From assembly GCA_038046765.1 (NCBI GenBank), contig JBBSVN010000001.1:1-64000 (forward strand): a stretch of DNA of 64,000 bases, written 5' to 3'. The notes below the pieces were generated by a model that was not told the DNA's origin, searched no databases, and saw nothing but the letters and a program-made list of their open reading frames with translations. The DNA comes from Candidatus Micrarchaeota archaeon. Its GTDB lineage: Archaea; Micrarchaeota; Micrarchaeia; Anstonellales; Bilamarchaeaceae. Each line of letters begins with the position of its first letter. The stretch's first letter is position 1. This document shows positions 59,827-64,000 of this stretch, one piece after another. A program made the translations under genes and the position numbers.

Positions 59827-59962
59827 AGTTATAGTGTGTTAAAATAAGTATTTAAATCTATAAGAATGGGTGTTAGATAATAAATTATAAAAAAAGAAAT
59901 TAAAAAATCCAGAGAATTGCATTCTCTAGCTTTTCAAGCTCTGGCTTGAAAATCAAATTTAT

Positions 59963-60208
59963 TTATTTCTTTGCTGCTTTTGCTGTGCCTTTGTCATCCA
60001 TTTCACAGCATCCTTCTTTGCATGCACCGCACATTCCCATGCTGTGTGCTAAAGAACCAACACCAAAGAGCAATAATAATAATCCTGCTGCCATGTTTGC
60101 TGTTGTTGAACTTAAGGATCCTAATCCTGCAAGTAAAAACATTAAACCAGCAAGTAATACCATTAATCCTGAAACTTTTTCGCACATTCCTCCTTTACAC
60201 ATATACAA
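59963..60208 (-). CDS. Small Cys-rich two-TM protein
   Basis: SD aggtga; MC....CEK, two TMs, H..GMCGACKEGCC. Confidence 0.65.
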   Translation of the reverse strand: MYMCKGGMCEKVSGLMVLLAGLMFLLAGLGSLSSTTANMAAGLLLLLFGVGSLAHSMGMCGACKEGCCEMDDKGTAKAAKK

Positions 60209-60312
60209 TTCACCTGAAAAGTTTTTTATTATTAAGATAAACTACAAACAAAAGCTTATAAATACATGTTAGTACATATTTATTGCTAATTATTATAACA
60301 GGTGGGTATTTA

Positions 60313-60495
60313 ATGGAAATAACTAAATATGAACTTTCAAGATTAATGGGTGCACGGGCACTACAATTATCATGCATGGCACCTCCGCTTGTAAAAGCTA
60401 CTGCTAAAATGAGTTTTCTTGATGTAGCTGAACTCGAGTACAAACAAAAAGTTATTCCTTTAGTCGTATTTAGAAAGAAAACAAAAGAAAGTTAA
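60313..60495 (+). CDS. rpoK: RNA polymerase subunit Rpo6/K
   Basis: TKYELSRLMGARALQLS..APPLV..A..E.....IPL. Confidence 0.93.
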   Translation: MEITKYELSRLMGARALQLSCMAPPLVKATAKMSFLDVAELEYKQKVIPLVVFRKKTKES

Positions 60496-60533
60496 CTTTT
60501 TTTCTTACTTTAATTTTACTTTAATTATTCATC

Positions 60534-61172
60534 TTATTCTTTACTTACATTAAAAGGAGCTTGGACTAAATCTATTTTATAACCTGGTCCGGTTTCCCTT
60601 AATAGCACTCTTTTTTCTTGGTCTATCCATCTATAAAATGTCTGTCTGGTTTTACCCTGCCCTAATTCCAGCCTTATCCTATAAGCACTTCTGCCAAGCG
60701 TGGTATCATTACCCTCACTTATTAGATCGATTCTGTTTGTTATTACTGATCCCATCGCAAGACTATATTCTGATTCAACACTCCAGTTCCAAGTATTATC
60801 AATTGCAAGCATCCAAGGTGCAAAAACATAGAAAAATTGATCCTTTAAGGTGTAATTATTATATGTTCTATCATTTCCAAATTGATCGACGCATGCAAAT
60901 GTTCTGTTTAGCGTTCCCTGTATTTCTATTGCAGTGCAATTTATTCCCTTCTTTATATTATACAAAATTATAAATGAGTTGTTGGATGCTGACACATTAT
61001 ATAAATAAACATATCTTTCTCCATCAAGTAGCGCAAATTTTGTGTTCTTTACTAAAGGCGCTTCCCTTACCGAATTACTCTGGACGATTTTTTGTGCTGG
61101 AAATAAGTAAACTGATGCGCTAATCATAAGTACAAAAACAATTACTGTGTATAAGAAAATCTTATTATCCAT
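60534..61172 (-). CDS. Membrane-anchored hypothetical protein
   Basis: N-terminal TM; beta-rich, WIDQEKRVLL. Confidence 0.6.
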   Translation of the reverse strand: MDNKIFLYTVIVFVLMISASVYLFPAQKIVQSNSVREAPLVKNTKFALLDGERYVYLYNVSASNNSFIILYNIKKGINCTAIEIQGTLNRTFACVDQFGNDRTYNNYTLKDQFFYVFAPWMLAIDNTWNWSVESEYSLAMGSVITNRIDLISEGNDTTLGRSAYRIRLELGQGKTRQTFYRWIDQEKRVLLRETGPGYKIDLVQAPFNVSKE

Positions 61173-61180
61173 AGTCTCAC

Positions 61181-61696
61181 TTATTGTACTTTTGCCGCTT
61201 TTCCAAACTTTGCGTAGGGTTTAGTTGTTGGGCTATCCATTTTCTCAAAAAGAATCTGGGTAATGCGCATTCCCGCATGAAGTTTTATACTAAAAGGCGC
61301 GAAGTTAACTATTTCTAAAACTTGTCTGTTGTCGCTTCCAGGTTGGACTAATGCGGCAGTTACATGTATACATAGTCCCATTCTTGCGTATCTTGTACGT
61401 CCTTCTAATTTTCCCATTATTGATGGGCTAAGTGTAATCTTTTCAATCGTTTTTCCTAAGCACATTTCTCCTGGTTTTAATGTAATTATCTTCGCTTTTT
61501 TAAGTTCGAGCGCTTCGTTAAAATCAGTTTCTTTTAAGTCAACAATCTTATTGTGAAATTTCTTTTTGAAAAAATACCATTCATCGCTTAATGTTAAATC
61601 GACTGTTGCTCCTCCTAGTTGCGAGGGCTCGAACGGAGTTATCTTTATCTCGCCTTTTTTCATTGCTTTTTTAATATTGGAATCACTTAGTGGCAT
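61181..61696 (-). CDS. dcd: dCTP deaminase
   Basis: LSD, VDLTL, EGRTRYARMGL, QPG, LEIVN, GMRITQI; ATG at 61696. Confidence 0.9.
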   Translation of the reverse strand: MPLSDSNIKKAMKKGEIKITPFEPSQLGGATVDLTLSDEWYFFKKKFHNKIVDLKETDFNEALELKKAKIITLKPGEMCLGKTIEKITLSPSIMGKLEGRTRYARMGLCIHVTAALVQPGSDNRQVLEIVNFAPFSIKLHAGMRITQILFEKMDSPTTKPYAKFGKAAKVQ

Positions 61697-61747
61697 AAAT
61701 AAGAAAACAAGACAAAGATTAAAAAGATTCCAGAAGCAGATAACGCT

Positions 61748-62449
61748 ATGCAAATTAAATCAATTAAGATAATTGTCAACCCGAAAAAAGAATGGGCGAT
61801 TAAACTCGCTAAAGAAGTAGGGTTATTTCTTATTCAAAATAAATTTAAAATCTCAAAGCAAAAAGCAGACTTAACAATTTGTATTGGCGGAGACGGAACA
61901 ATTCTTTACGCAAATCACAAAGACCGGATTGATGGCGCAATACTTGGGATCGGAAGTAGCACGAGCGTTGTATGTATACTACGAAATGATAACTGGAAGG
62001 AAAAAATTCTGGATCTTATTAAATCTGCGAATGTCGAAAAGCGTCTTAGCCTCTTATGCGAATTTGAAGGTAAAAAGATATCTGCAATAAATGATGTAGT
62101 AATTCACTCCTGCGATTATCGGGTAATAAAAATAAATCTTAAAATAAATGGCGAAACTTTCGAATTTCAGGGAGATGGGGTAATAATTTCAACTCCAACT
62201 GGTTCAACTGCTTATGCGTATTCAGCTGGCGGGAAAACGTTATCTACTGTTTCTCGGGAAATCGAAATTGTTCCGATCTGCCCTTATAAACGGACATTTG
62301 AAACAGAAATAACTGATCAAAATAGTGAAATTGAAATAATTTGTGACCGAGGGAGTGCGCTTATAATTGACGGGATTTTTATCGGGAAGGTAAAACCAAA
62401 TCAGACAATAAGAGTTAAAAAAGGTGAAGATGTAAGCTTTATCGTATAG
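61748..62449 (+). CDS. nadK: NAD kinase
   Basis: GGDGT, AINDV, GDG, STPTGSTAY..SAGG. Confidence 0.95.
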   Translation: MQIKSIKIIVNPKKEWAIKLAKEVGLFLIQNKFKISKQKADLTICIGGDGTILYANHKDRIDGAILGIGSSTSVVCILRNDNWKEKILDLIKSANVEKRLSLLCEFEGKKISAINDVVIHSCDYRVIKINLKINGETFEFQGDGVIISTPTGSTAYAYSAGGKTLSTVSREIEIVPICPYKRTFETEITDQNSEIEIICDRGSALIIDGIFIGKVKPNQTIRVKKGEDVSFIV

Positions 62450-62460
62450 GTGATTACTTT

Positions 62461-63660
62461 ATGAAAAAATTCTTGTTTGCGTTGTTACTATTTTCTATTC
62501 TCTTATTAGGTTGTACTCAAAAACCATCCATTATAAAGGCCAACGATTCTGTAATTGTACCACCAACAGTACAATCAAATGTTTCTAACCTCACAAATAC
62601 ATCTGAACCACCTGCTGTTGTTAAATCTGAAACCGTTAAGTTTGGGGCCATCTTGCCTTTAACTGGTACGCTTGCTAATATCGGAGATGGTATGAAAAAT
62701 GCAATGCTTCTAGCTGTTCGTGAAATAAACGGACAGGGCGGTATAAATGGCAAAATTGTTGAACTTGTAATTGAAGATAGTGCATGCAATCCGTCAAACG
62801 GCGTTTCTGCGGCAACTAAGCTTGTTTCTATTGATAAAGTTTTGGCAGTAGCCGGTCCAACATGTTCGGGTGAAAGTTTAGCATCTGCAAATGTTTTTAC
62901 TGATAATAAAGTTGTTGCACTTTCCCCTAGCGCAACAAGCTCTAAATTGACTACTTCAAGTGATTATCTATTTAGAATTGTCCCAAGCGACTCTTTTCAG
63001 GGAAGCGTAGCTGCGAAATATTCTAGAAATACGCTTGGTGCAAAAAGATCTGCAATATTCTATATTAATAACGACTGGGGCGTGGGACTTCGGGACTCGT
63101 TCAAAAAAACATTTGTTGATATGGGCGGGGAAATTTCAACTGAACAGAGCATGATGGGGGACGCAACTGATGTAAAGACAGAGTTGACTAGGATAAGAGC
63201 ACTAAATTCTGACCTTATATATCTGGCATGTTATCCAAAAGAGTGTTCAATTGCATTAAAACAAATTTCGGACTTCGGTATCAACATAACTGTGCTTGGT
63301 GCAGATGGAGCTGATGATCCACAAACATTATCTAGTTTAGGAAATGCTGCAGAAGGCCTTACGATAACGATCGCAAGTTCTCAAAACGCAGTTGACTTTT
63401 CTAAAAATTATAAATCTTTATATGCAAAAGAAGCCGGTGCTTACACTGCACAATCTTATGACTCTATAAATTTGCTTGCCAGTGCAGTAAAAAGCGGTGC
63501 GATAGACGGACCATCGATAAAAAGCTACCTTTACGGTGTTAATTACAAAGGCGTAAGCGGTAACATTGAATTTGATTCAAACGGCGACCTAAAAGGTTAC
63601 AAATACGACCTTAAAAAATGGACTAATGGAAAGTTTGTTTTGCTAGAGAAAGCAGGTTAA
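62461..63660 (+). CDS. Branched-chain amino acid ABC transporter substrate-binding lipoprotein
   Basis: LLGC; PLTG, INGQGGING, EDSAC, GPTCSG, FRIVPSD, GVSGNIEFD. Confidence 0.93.
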   Translation: MKKFLFALLLFSILLLGCTQKPSIIKANDSVIVPPTVQSNVSNLTNTSEPPAVVKSETVKFGAILPLTGTLANIGDGMKNAMLLAVREINGQGGINGKIVELVIEDSACNPSNGVSAATKLVSIDKVLAVAGPTCSGESLASANVFTDNKVVALSPSATSSKLTTSSDYLFRIVPSDSFQGSVAAKYSRNTLGAKRSAIFYINNDWGVGLRDSFKKTFVDMGGEISTEQSMMGDATDVKTELTRIRALNSDLIYLACYPKECSIALKQISDFGINITVLGADGADDPQTLSSLGNAAEGLTITIASSQNAVDFSKNYKSLYAKEAGAYTAQSYDSINLLASAVKSGAIDGPSIKSYLYGVNYKGVSGNIEFDSNGDLKGYKYDLKKWTNGKFVLLEKAG

Positions 63661-63666
63661 TTAATT

Positions 63667-63754
63667 GCTTGTAGCCTGTGGCTTGGTAGCTATTAGCCAC
63701 TTGCTAATTGCCACGAGTCACTCGCCAATAATTGCTACTTGCAACCCGTTACGG
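63667..63754. repeat. About 12 degenerate 7-bp units between ABC transporter genes
   Basis: gcttgta gcctgtg gcttggta gctatta gccactt gctaatt gccacga gtcactc gccaata..gctactt gcaaccc gttacgg. Confidence 0.7.
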
Positions 63755-63778
63755 TCTACATGCCATTAGCTGATTCAT

Positions 63779-64000
63779 ATGTCTGAACTTGTTTTAATTC
63801 TGCAAATTCTTGTAAACGGGATAATTGCTGGTGCAATACTTTCGTTAGTTGCAATTGGGTACAATATGATTTATGGGATTCTTAAGTTTATCAATTTTGC
63901 ACATGGAGATGTTGTAACATTTTCCTCTTTTATCTTCTTTTTTTTCTTTGTTCAGATTAAGTTGCCAATTTACTTATCTGTTATCCTGGCAGTTATTCTG
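63779..64000 (+). CDS. livH: Branched-chain amino acid ABC permease, partial (not in ORF track)
   Basis: MSELVLILQILVNGIIAGAILSLVAIGYNMIYGILKFINFAHGD; runs off the window. Confidence 0.93.
   Translation, partial: MSELVLILQILVNGIIAGAILSLVAIGYNMIYGILKFINFAHGDVVTFSSFIFFFFFVQIKLPIYLSVILAVIL

Noticed and set aside
59946..60443. Alternative ORFs around the Cys-rich gene and rpoK
   Set aside because: Antisense or shadow frames without SD or motifs
1..64000. DGR reverse transcriptase, Avd or AAC-rich template repeat
   Set aside because: No RT motifs or non-coding VR copy seen; the three VRs differ at non-A positions and in length, so none is the template of another
1..64000. Alternative genetic code explaining the in-frame TAA and TAG
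   Set aside because: TAA, TAG and TGA all terminate conserved genes at expected positions (e.g. PCNA, nadK, PIN 37351)
1..64000. CRISPR array, rRNA, transposase or integrase
   Set aside because: No regularly spaced identical repeats or such motifs seen

Overview
AT-rich archaeal chromosome segment. The gene set points to DPANN, most likely Micrarchaeota-like (inference): PolB, PCNA, pelota, Pus10, Rpo6, Lhr, Hef-like helicase, MetAP2, AlaX, DUF359 dephospho-CoA kinase, tRNAs with non-canonical BHB introns and many lipoproteins. Housekeeping genes are interleaved with single orphan genes. The strongest signal is three dispersed genes (2147, 23010, 53204) with a homologous C-type-lectin-like domain ending in a short GC-rich, NNC-codon-rich segment. 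This looks like a diversity-generating retroelement (DGR) variable region, but no RT or template repeat is in the window, so they are candidate remote targets. One target is fused to a membrane-anchored Ser/Thr kinase and is followed by an orphan copy of a paralog's 3' tail, suggesting C-terminal module swapping in a kinase family. Other oddities: two PIN toxins with no canonical start (one in frame behind the antitoxin's TAG), a tRNA-Arg with up to three introns, an intron-containing initiator tRNA beside a free-standing LAGLIDADG gene, an AlaX gene split by one TAA, two zincin/small-protein tail-to-tail pairs, a triple Xis-like HTH gene before polB, and intergenic 7-bp-period repeat arrays. 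All calls are by eye from motifs; no searches were run.
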